Position numbers and translations under genes: made by a program | Part shown: piece after piece, positions 52,871-64,000 of the stretch | How the letters are laid out: every line of letters begins with the position of its first letter | How positions within the stretch are numbered: the first letter of the stretch is position 1 | The notes under the pieces: model-generated | The model's database searches: none | What the model was told of the DNA's origin: nothing | Seen by the model: the letters and a program-made list of their open reading frames with translations, nothing else | Assembly (NCBI RefSeq): GCF_018977255.1 | Contig: NW_024704743.1 | Coordinates: forward strand, 51,090,001 to 51,154,000 | Length of the DNA stretch: 64,000 bases | From: Callorhinchus milii | Lineage: Eukaryota | Reading direction: 5' to 3'

Positions 52871-54401
52871 GCAAAAGTCGTCAAATAGGGTGTCCTTGCA
52901 AATACTGGAATTACAACTCGTGGACCCCACAGGAACTCTGCTCAAATACAATCCACTTCCAGAGTAGAGTTCCTGCAAGTCCATTGGAATCATAACCAGC
53001 AATCCCAACTGGAGAGAATGCCACCAGGATTCTACTCTCCTTCAAGACCCATCTCAAGACCCTCTTCATTGACTGTGTCTTTGGTCACCCTCTTACCCAG
53101 CTGGAGGGCGGATCTCTGACTTTCCAGCACCTTGGAATGTCCTCCTGATGTGAAAGGTGCTATTCAAATATAATTTGTTGTTGTTGTTGATGAAATGTGA
53201 CCAAAACAGACCAAAAACCCAGATGGACTAATAAATGCTGCTCATTGTACAAAATGACTGCATTATTGGCCACTTATTATTCTAGATTGTGGGTATCTTT
53301 AACAGATTCAATGAACAGCCCAGAATCCCTTTCCTGATAACATTCATTAAGCTGTACTGTGGGGAAAAATGGGCTCTGTATAATTAATAGCCAGCATGCA
53401 GGATACAGTTACAGACAGAACAAGTCATTTTTTACAGTAGCCTGTCACTAAAGTGAAAAATGTTAACCTTGTCATAATCACCAGCACAGAGGAGAGAAAT
53501 TCTCCTTCATAATTCACCCATGGTTACCCATGGTTATGGTTACCTATAAATCCTTAAGAGTCACTGAGATACATTACCCATAATTTAATCAAGCTCTATC
53601 AAGGATTTTTAAAAAAATAGAATAAATCATGCTTCACTGCAACTATTTAAGGTAAATAAGTTAATGTGCACAGCAATAGTTCAATGTTAGTATTACAAAA
53701 CAGACAATTTAGACAAATTCCATGCTATTAATGGATTAATCTGTTTCGTTAGCCTGTTTTTCAATGTGTTATTAGGAAGAATTATTTGAGAAACAACATG
53801 GTTATCAGCAATGATTCTTCACCTTGATTTCAGATTGGGACACACAATGTTGTGCTGCTACTGTTGCTTGTCATGGTGAACCCATTGCCTTGTGCCCCTT
53901 TTGGGATGTGAAGGGCATGTTTAGGCCAGACATGAAGAGGCATATTTTTACAGAAAAGGAAATAAATGGTAGGTATGGGTTACCAGGAAGGATGGTTGAG
54001 GCCAAGGCACTGGACACATTTAAAATACAGCTAGCTGACATCACAAGAAGACGATAAATTTATTTCCCTGAAAGATTGTGAAATGTTTGGGCTAAAGGGC
54101 CTTCCTCATTCAAACTTCTCCCGTGTTCTTGCAATCTGTGGCTTTCCAAGTTGAATCTAGCAAAGGCCATATGAAAATCTCTTCTTGTTGGTTCAAGTGG
54201 TGCTATGAGTTTGGAAAAATTGCAACCCAGTTCCTAGTGGATCCAAAGCATAGCACAAGTATTCTATATATTCAATGCAAATGGCACTAAAATCCTATTC
54301 AGATCTATGTGGCCATGTAGAATATTGAAGCATTTATTACTAATATGATAAGCTCCTAGGCTTATATTGCGGTAAACTAGAGGAATTTTATTCAGCTTTA
54401 C

Positions 54402-54480
54402 CTGATTTGATATCCATGGGCATGACTGTAGCTGCTGACATTAGGGAAATCTTTCTTTTTCCGGTCCTGACATTCCTCAT
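54402..54480 (-). CDS. Internal coding exon (79 nt) of an unidentified host gene; preferred frame xEECQDRKKKDFPNVSSYSHAHGYQI(R)
   Basis: On the minus strand, acceptor ctgtgttttttaag|ATG and donor ATCAG|gtaaag. Open frame, phase-compatible with the 29-nt exon at 36258-36286. Confidence 0.7.
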
Positions 54481-57450
54481 CTTAAAAAACACAGATATTC
54501 ACCAACCTCTGCCGATTCAAAAAACTCACACAGAATTGTTTTTTACAGTTACGCAATGGATGAAAATGTCATTTTCATTCTTTTGTTCAAAATTAAAACA
54601 AGGGGATGCTTATAAATATAAATAAGGACATGACTAAAACTCCTGCTTGAGATTGATTGTTGAATGTGATGGGTTTCATTCCACCATCATGACCAAGCCC
54701 ACAATCCCTTATGGACCAAGTGGGCTTGGTGCATGATGGTCAATTATTGAGAACAGGCTAGCTCTTCACAAAGGTTCAGTGATAATACTATATATCTCAC
54801 TTAACAAGGCTGCCAAGGCTGCGTTTGCAAATTTATAATAGCAAGCAGCAGCTCAGTAGATCTTTAGTCACGTTCCACTCCAGTATTTAATTCCAAAATG
54901 TGTTTCAACACAACTTTTTTATTCCAGGTCATTAAAAAAAAACGTTTGGCATGTGATTATAAAAGTAGTGACCATATTATAGTAACTGGTTCAAACTTTT
55001 TCAAGCTTCTGAGATCAATCGAAAAATGGAACAGATTTTGTTTTTATTGCTTTCGGTATCCAGTCTCTGTAGGCCGATTTACCTAAGTAGAGTGTTTACT
55101 GCAAGAACTATCACAAACTTTATTACTGCTTTGGAACAGAATAGCATTACTGAGGGAGGCTTAAACGACAATGAGGATTTATTGAATGAATGACTTCACC
55201 TACTGTGATATGGAAAACATATTTAGTTTTGAATACTAATGACCAATAGGTGTACATTTATCATACGGCTATTGCCTTAATTAAATGGAGCTGATTTGAT
55301 TGCTTATAAATCAAATTACAGAAAGTCGTTGCTGCCATAAAAAATAGATTGTGCCGACATGTGTAATGTCATGTGCCTTTCGGGGAAATGAGTTTTACCA
55401 CCAGCAATAAATAACAATAAAGTAGGAACAGAATATGAAGTCAAGCACATCAAAGATATGAAGAAAATAACTATTTTATATTCAAGTACTCAGGATTATG
55501 TGGATCTCTCCATTGATTCTTCTTTTCCTTTGGTAATTTGATTGATACTTTCTCCTCATTTTCTCCCCTGTAAGCCACTCATCAACATTCCAGTACATTA
55601 GCAGTTCGGGCCAGAATGTCTCGCTATCTCACAACCACTGTGTGATACTGTTCCGTAAGCAGGCAACAGGAGGCACAATTCAAGGTAAAGATTAAATATT
55701 CCCATCTCAATTTTTTTCTCCCTCCATTCTAACCATAGAGACAACTCAGTTTTCCTTCACTCGTCAACCATCAGCTTCCTAAGCACACCTAAACAATTTA
55801 GGTAAAACTTTATGAAAAGTAAGTCCTGTAGAGGGAGACGGGAGGTGGAATTTCTCCTGCGGCGAGACTTCTTCCTTAGCATTTCAGAGCATGCAATCCT
55901 TCAATAATTCTTAAAATCTTTCTTTTTCATTTTGAAGCTATATTTGTAGTTCTCACCCTCAGAAAAACAACTTCAAAATGAAGGCTGTGATTAAGAATTG
56001 CACAAAATGTGCACACTCTGAAATGTGCAGTCTTTTCATCTTGCTCGCTCCCTTGCCTCCTTCAAAGCCCATCTCAAGACTTTCCTCTTTGACTGCACGT
56101 TCAACCACCCCCATATCCCTACACTCCCTGCCTATCAATCCCCCTGATCCCAACCCTCTGCTTGGATCCAAATCCCTGACTGTCCAGCGCCTTGGGACGT
56201 CCTCCCAACGTTAAAGTCACTATACAAATGTAATTTGTTGTTGTCCATTGTTGTTGAAGCAAAAGGTCCAAATCTAGAATCAGGCAGAATTTCTCCCTGC
56301 CAAATCTCCAACTGATGAACTTCAGAGCTCAGATCTAAACCTGTGTTACTGGACTGACTAATCTTTAAGTAATTTCTGTAACTTCGGCAATGACAATCAG
56401 CCCTAAATTGGTAAATAGAGAAAAGATTCTTACATTGTTTCAATAATTACATTCTTGTATTAAGACTTCTGTGAAAAACAGAAATTTTGTTAAATGGAGG
56501 AAACAGCAATGTATTGATTTTTGCGTAAGCTTCAGTTTTCTGGCTTTAACTACCCTGGTTTTCCTGAACAAAAGTCCATCTATACATGGGATATTTGCAT
56601 TTTTCCCAAATCCTTTCAGCATCATGTTAGATAGTGGAAGAATCATTCTTATCCTTGGCTATTGCCATAGAACAATATGAATTGTCTCATTAATTAATTT
56701 GGAGATTTTGTTCTGGTCCCATGGAGGAGGGGCACCTACATCCCACAGATGGAATTTAGTCCAGCTCATAGCAGTCTGGTAGGATAATATCTACACATGC
56801 GTATGTGTTCTTTGCCAATAAAGTTTCACCCACAAAAATATACAGTCAATTCACTTTACAATATATTCTGTGAAGCGCTTTGAGACATCTCGATGATGTG
56901 ATAAGGCACTATATCCAATGCAAGGATTATTATTATTTATTAAAAAGTTATTCTTTCTCCAGTGACTTGGAATTGTCATGGGGGAAAGGAAAAATAATCC
57001 CAACCCAAGTGTTTACTCCTTGACTCAGTGTCTCTGTAGGTGTGTGTGTCCAGTTCTGGTTGAGCCAACAGCTGTTTGTGAGACATTGGTGGATACCAAT
57101 TGACTACTCTGTTTGCTTACAAAATACACATTCACTCCACGCCACAGTAAATCCTGTGAAATACTTTGAAACATCCTCCCAGTGAGAAAGGCACTATATC
57201 AAATATAAGGATTATTGCTGTGGGAACGGGGAAATGCATTAGATCTAATTGGATTTTATACACACGGCAATGAGAATAACTTTGTAAATAAATAGTTAAC
57301 TTGCATTTTTATAGTTCCTTATCATGCTGAAACATATAAGATTACCAAAGTGCTTCAGAGAAAAGTGTAGTAACCGATTTGTAAACCAACACGCCACCAA
57401 GGTTCTATAAAACAACCATGAAGCAATGGATCAATGTATCTGGAGAATTA

Positions 57451-58578
57451 CATCATTCAAACCACAAAGAAGTTCTCTTTTTACAACTGTGTCTAATGTA
57501 ATCCATTTCCATCTATTCATCAGCAAATGTTCTGTTTAGTACTGAATGTGACGATTCTTGAGATCAACTGTTTTCAAAGGTTTCTTTATTTTAACTGAGT
57601 TAAGCAACTACATTAGTTTTGTTGGCCATTCTACTTGTTGTACACTAGCAGAAACTCCCTTTTCTTTTTGGGATCCGTAATGTCCATCGGAACATGCTAA
57701 TGGGATGTCAGATTAATGACTCTTCTGGCTAATTGTACCTTCAACAATGCAGTGTCAATTTATAGTATGAGCTCAAATTCTGTTTTAAAGTTATTCTCAC
57801 AACTGATCAGGAGAACCATTCTACATATTTTCATATGTTTCATAGCTACTGTTTACTTGAATTAGATGGTAAATCTTCTCTTGTCCAGCATCTTTTCAGA
57901 TAATCTGGTTTATTTATATATTTATTCCAGATATGGATCTATTGTTTTTTTTTGTTACGTGTTGTTATTTTCATTGCATGAGTGTTTTACTTTCAGACTT
58001 CCAATTGTCAAGAAACTGAAGGACACAAACAGGAACCAACAGGAATATTTAAAGGCCAAAAGCACCCAAAAAGTGAAGATGTAGCAGTCAGTCAAATATT
58101 CTGGAAGAACCTAGACATCGTTATAATGATAATAATGATATTACTCCTTGCCTTTCGTATAGCATCTTATCACATTGAGAAAATGTCTCAGAGCTTCACA
58201 GGATTTACTATACTGAACAGTGAATGCACCTTTATAAGCAAACACGCTAGCCAATTTGCGGACGCCAATGTCTGCAGCCATGAAGTGAACGACCAATTTG
58301 TATCAGTAGGATTCTTGGCCAGGATACCAGGAGAAACTCCCACATGCTAAAGAAGACAGCAGTAAGGGGAGACCCCAATTTATTTGAGTGCATCATTCAA
58401 ACCACAAGGAAGTTCTCTTTTCACAGATGTGTCTTATATAATCCATTTCCATTTATTCATCAGCAAATGTGCTGTTACTGAATGTGACGATTCCTGAGAT
58501 CAACTGTGTTCCATAGTTTCATTACTTTAACTGAGTTCAGCAGCTAAATTAGTTTTCTAGGCCGTCCTACTTGTTGTA
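57451..58578 (+). repeat. Diverged direct duplication of about 190 bp (57451-57641 and 58391-58578)
   Basis: catcattcaaaccaca...tacttgttgta occurs twice, 940 bp apart. Confidence 0.85.
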
Positions 58579-60726
58579 TCCTTTAATGGAATTTCTTATT
58601 AACCCAATAGAATCTATGTTGGACAGAAACATGAATCCTACCATTTTGCATTAATATTTATAGTGGTCATCAAATATATATTATGTCCTGCCTAATGTTT
58701 CACAAATTATTGAATAATAATTTAACACTCATGAAGCAGACTAAAGTTTAAGAAGAGGCCTCAGAGGCTATAAGAGAGCAAAGAGAGCATGTTTTAGAAA
58801 CGTGGGCACTCTTTCTTGTGAGTCCTGACAATCTATAAAAATATAATAATCTTTGCATTTGTTGGATGAGGCCATCAGGAGGACATCTCAATATACTTCA
58901 TAGGATTTACTGTAAGGTGTAGTAACTGCATATTCTGTAGGCTAATACAGCAGCTGTTTTCCCACAGCAATGCTCCACAAATAGCCAAGAAGTGAAACCT
59001 ATTTTTACTGTAAGAATGTATCTCAGATACTAAAAAATATATGTGAGGTGTGCAGAATTTTTTCTTGCTCGATACTAATTTTCCAACACGTTATTCTATA
59101 ATAGATGACTGAGTGTTCTTGATGCTTAAAGCATCCTATTTCAACATCACACACTGGAACATTAATTATAATGATTCATAAACAGTTAAATATGTAATTG
59201 TAACCCATATATTACTCAGCACATGAAACCTGACTTTTAACATATTTATTCCTTCTGCACCTCAGGAAACTTTCCTAACCAATTAGAGGAGGAAAGCAAA
59301 TGGTATGGCAAGAGTTAATGACAAGTTAGGTTCAGTGTCCCTATGCTAAACAGGGAGAGAAATCAACTTATCTAGTGACCCCTGCTAGAAAATGGATGTC
59401 CGTGGATGTTGAGCGAGGACAGGGTTGGCCTTAGATGTGATTTCTTAAATAGCCCGTGACCCTCATTGACTAGGCTGACAGGTAAAGCACAATCATTTGA
59501 GTGAGAGAAGGGAGAGCTGCTGGCATCTGTGAAACTGAGTCACCTCCTACAGGCATGGAGAAAAGGGCACAGTGATGGGAGAATAAAAATATGTGGGGTC
59601 CTCTCTCTGAAGCAAGTAAGTTCATTCCTTCAGGTTAAACTATTAATATAAAAAGCTGAGCATTTCTGCATTGCTCTCCATAATATAATCGTGTCTTATT
59701 AGTGGTGCTGTTACTAGATTTCACAAGAGTATAAGAAATGTTATTGAGATTCATCAATGTTAACCAATGCTACAACCAATTACTCCTCCAACAGTAGGGC
59801 AAGCTAATGCAGTTAAATGGAATGCCAATTACATAAACATGAGATAAAAAGACATATAAATGATTACAGATTTACCATATAAATAATTGCATGTTTGAGC
59901 TCGATTGAACATATTAAAAAAAACGACCACTAGTTAGGCGGGTAAATGGAATATTGCCTTTCAGACTATCATATGTCATTCAGCTACACCACTGTGAAAG
60001 AAAGAAATAACTTGCATTTTTACAGATCACTGTGGACTGTATTTACAGCACTCAGCATCACTAACACGCACCAGTAGTGTGCAGTATTCTTAAGATTGTA
60101 AAGATAAATAGGTTACTGTCAGAGAATGTGTCGTGGTACCCAATATGACGCTGACCGAGTGTAAATGTCAAGCCTTTGCTTTATAACTCCTGCTGCAATA
60201 AAGTAAATAATGGGGTCCTGCTGGATGGTGACAAGGGGTCGAGCTATAAATTATGAACAGGATCATTATGAAAATATTTCATAATAAAACAGACTTGAAG
60301 GGGGTGAGACACGATGTCAGGCAACGTTTTATCACAGTCATCAATTACTGCTCATGAGAATATAGTTTAAAACCAATTCTTATACGTTAAGCAAGTAGCA
60401 CGACAAGTATTTGTTTTACCGAAAGGGATTGCATTGGCGGAAAGTACAATGGGGTTTTTCGTAAAGTTTTAGTCAAATTGATTATAAAAGTTAAAATTAC
60501 AGGGACCAGTCTTGCAGCAAGCTGACTACTTGTTAACTCTTTGCAGTCTACAGAAACAGTCTCTTTACTAGAAATCAAAATTCCGCGACTTCAATCTTTT
60601 CCCCTTCAGAGCATAAGAAATTATTGATCAACTTGAGTAGATTGCTGATCGGGTTCCCGACTGGCATAGGTTAGCATCTAAAGGCTGCCATCCAGAGACT
60701 GAACGAAAAGGTCAAAATAGAATTCA

Positions 60727-61010
60727 TCAACAACAACAACAAATTACACTTGCATAGCACCCTTCACATTGGAAAGACATCCTAGGCCGCTGGACAATCA
60801 GGGGTTTTAGACCCGAGCTGGGAGTTGGGCTCAGAAGGGGAGGAGGGTAGGGGAGTAGGGGTGGGAGGGTGGCTGAAGACATGGTTGAAGAGGAAGGTCT
60901 TCAGAAAGGACTTGAAGGAGGCAAGAGAGGGTGTGAGGTGGAGGGATTGCGGGATAGTTCCAGATTGTTTGGGCAAAGATGCTGAATGCCTGACCACATG
61001 TCGAGGATGG
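60727..61010 (-). mobile_element. L2 3' end fragment
   Basis: (CAA)n is the reverse tail; peptide IPQSLHLTPSLASFKSFLKTFLF. Confidence 0.8.
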
Positions 61011-61499
61011 TCGGGAGGGAACTGTTTAGAAGGGTGACCAAGGAGGTTAGGCCATTGCAGGAGGAGAGCCAGAGGAATAGGAGATCAGATGCCTCCATTG
61101 CAGTGGAGAGGGCATGGAGGGAGATTTTTCTCCGGGGCGATAGGAGATGCACATGGGGTGGGTGGCAGGGAGAGGGATGGAGAAGATTAGGGAGATGAAA
61201 TAGTCTTTGTCAGTGATGGTCACATCAGAGATGGTAAGTCCCTGGGTGATTCATTACATCAAGTGACTTGTTCACACAAACCTATGACTTTGACAGGAGA
61301 AGCTTGGTTCTTCCTCCAGTAAAACCTCTTGTATTTGTCTAAGATCTTGTGCTATCTAGGATTACCAACATCTACAACTGTCAATTGGTGTTTGGATAAA
61401 TGCAGTACTATTCAGATTTGACTATGTCCACGTCTGCAAACAATGGCAGAGTACCCCTCCAAGTTCTACTAATGGTGTGTCATCAGCAGTGCACTAGAA

Positions 61500-61850
61500 A
61501 ACTGTGGACTTGCCTGGCTCAGTAAGCGGAGTAGCGAGACCGCCACAGAGGATTGATATTTTTCCAATATTCCTTTGCCAAGCAAGTTGCATTGGAACCT
61601 TCCCCATTAGTTCTCGCTTGTCTAACCATTGCACACAGCTCATTCCACTAACTTTTAGGGATCATCCTAGTTGGGCTCCATTGCATTAACCCTAGGACCA
61701 GGGTATCTCCCTCATGTTGTGGCGACCAAATTATATTCAGTTGCTGTGTGACCAGAACACTTATATAACTTGAGTAAGACTTTTATAGAATTAAACTCAA
61801 CTAGTAATTGAGCCCAGCTTCCTGTTTGCCTTGTCGATTGCTGTCTCACC
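61500..61850 (-). mobile_element. Degenerate CR1 ORF2 fragment
   Basis: cctagttgggctcc...accagaacacttatataacttgagtaagac resembles antisense CR1 C-terminal sequence. Confidence 0.45.
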
Positions 61851-62459
61851 CTATTTTTCAATGAGTCAACTAACATCCTGGAACTTTAACATAAAGCCTG
61901 TAAACAGACATAATGATAACAGGATAACTGTTGTTTCACATATTCTCCTATTTAGTGGGGTCACAGCTTCTGCTCAACATAGCAATCCCATATACAGCAT
62001 GAATTGTTCATTTCACCATTGGAACTTTTCCCGACAGCACAGATGCACCCACAGAAGCATATCTGTGATCACCTTTTTTTTCTTTTTATAATTAATACAT
62101 CAACCTTTATTTTAGTGCCTGACCAATATGAGTGGTGGAAGTATAATAAATGAGTTTGGAGTGGTGGAATGTGTTAATAATTCACCCATTAAAACTGCAT
62201 TATTCACTTTCTTTTTGGGTCTTGGTGGATTATTTAACAGATTTCACCGCTCCACATTGTTTCCTAAACCCATGTAACATTTATAACTGTCTTTGTTCTT
62301 ATTTCTTTGTTCTTTAATACTGTTGATTTTCTCTTTGCTTTTTTTATTCTTTCTTTACTTGGGACGTCCTCCCGACGTGAAAGGCGCTCTATACATGGAA
62401 TCTTGTTGTTGTTGTTGTTGTTGTGGTTATTTGCTCTCTTTGGTTGTTTGCTCTCTTTG

Positions 62460-63670
62460 GGAGACATTCTTTCATATTGTTGACCACTCTATCCTCCTCC
62501 GCTGCATCTCCTGTCACCTCAACCTTTAGGTTCTGTCCTTGACTAGTTCAGATCCTACCTGTCACACAGTCTCCATTTTTTCTCCAACGGCTTCTTCTCC
62601 AGGCCCCGCACAGTCTCGTGTGGCGTTCCTCAGGGCTCTGTCCTCAATACTCTCCTCTTCAACTTGTATATGCTCCCTCTTGGTGACATCATCTGCAGAC
62701 ATGGGGTCAACTTCCACATGTACACATGTATGCGGATGACACCCAACTCTATCTCTCTGCCTCCACCCTCGACTCCAGGATCACTGTTATCCTGACAGAA
62801 TGTCTTTCAGACATCAAGTCCTGGATGAGAGCTAACTTTCTACATTTGAAAGTCAACAAGACCAAGGCCCTTCTGCTTGGCTTCCGTAATCGCCTCCACA
62901 CCTCAGGCGCTGACAGCTTCACCATGTGCCTCACTGAGCCAGTCCGAAAGCTTGTCATCTTGTTTGACCCCCAACATTACTACCTCACATCCGTGCCATG
63001 ATCTGCTCTGCCTTTCCCTACCTCCACAACATTGCCCAGCTCCACCTCTGCCTCACCTCTCAGGCCGCTGAAACCCTCATCCATGCGTTCATCATATCTT
63101 AGCTTGACTATGCTAATTCCCTATTTGTTGGCCTTCCCAATTCTTGGTAATCCAGAACTCTGCAGGTTGTGTCCTCTCCCGCACCAGGTTCTGTGACCCT
63201 ATCACCCTCATCCTCGCTCGGCTCCACTGGCTCCCCATCCCCTAGAGGATAGTGTTCAAAATCCTCATCCTCTCCTTCAAAGTCCTCCATGGCCTTATTC
63301 CTTCCTACCTCTGTGACCTGCTAACCTCAAATCAACCTGTCAGCTCCCTCCGCTCAGCAGGCTGCAGCCAGCTCCAAAACCCCCGCCTGGTACGCCCCAC
63401 TATTGGCGTTGGGCCATTAGCCTCTCTGCCCGCACCCTTTGGAACTCCATCCCACATTCCCTTCACCTCGCTCCCTCCCATACCTCCTTCAAGGCACGTC
63501 TGAAGACCATTCTCTTTGACCGCACCTTCGGCCACCCTCTTAACCACCCTGCCCTCCCCCTTCCCTGATCCCGACTCCCAGCATAGGTGCAAATACCTGA
63601 CCGTCCAGCACCTTGGGACATTGTTCTGACATGATAGGCGCTATACAAATGTAATTTTCTTGTTTGTTTT
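62460..63670 (+). mobile_element. L2 LINE, 5'-truncated, RT to 3' tail
   Basis: [47 protein letters not shown], and 3' UTR ending ggcgctatacaaatgtaa. Confidence 0.95.
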
Positions 63671-64000
63671 TTATATTCTTCCCTGGATATGAAATACATG
63701 CATTAAGCACAGTTTCTGTCATGGTTGATGCATCAGAACCCACTGCTTTCATTGTGCCTGACCATCTGCTAGGATTGGCAATCCAGTTGGGAATGAGTTA
63801 AACTGGGTGATTTGTTAGTATCTTGTCACATGCCCACAAGTTGAAATTTCACCCTTGGGAATGAATTTAAAGGTTGTTTGCTCCAAAAATCTGTGCGATG
63901 GCACTATTATAACTGTAGAGTGTTAAATCAAGTTGAGATGCAGAAATACAAAGTGAGCTTTACAACGTTGAGCCAAGTAAGGACGAAGAACATAATGTCC

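Noticed and set aside
54402..54420. GYQIRI similarity to the vasohibin C-terminus
   Set aside because: Vasohibins end at that motif, while this frame continues and flanking residues do not match; no gene symbol assigned.

Overview
AT-rich, repeat-dense vertebrate genomic DNA with no prokaryotic features. The SINE/L2/CR1/Penelope repertoire points to a cartilaginous fish, probably a chimaera (inference). Most ORF-track entries are chance ORFs or antisense reads of retroelements. Three phase-compatible minus-strand exons (54480-54402, 36286-36258, 22572-22457) with canonical GT-AG sites splice into the 3' end of a host gene I cannot name, followed by AATAAA near 21950. The rest is mostly decayed mobile DNA: three L2 RT copies, CR1 3' ends, tRNA-headed Deu-domain SINEs, a MER30-like hAT MITE, an R4/Dong-type fragment, an RTE-like RT fragment and a probable solo LTR. 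The most notable signal is a set of short Penelope-type insertions flanked by direct repeats and carrying minimal hammerhead ribozyme motifs, one with an intact core (27204-27240, minus). Other points of interest are a three-layer nested insertion, a candidate poison exon and a candidate alternative terminal exon. No database comparison could be run, so all family names come from motif recognition.
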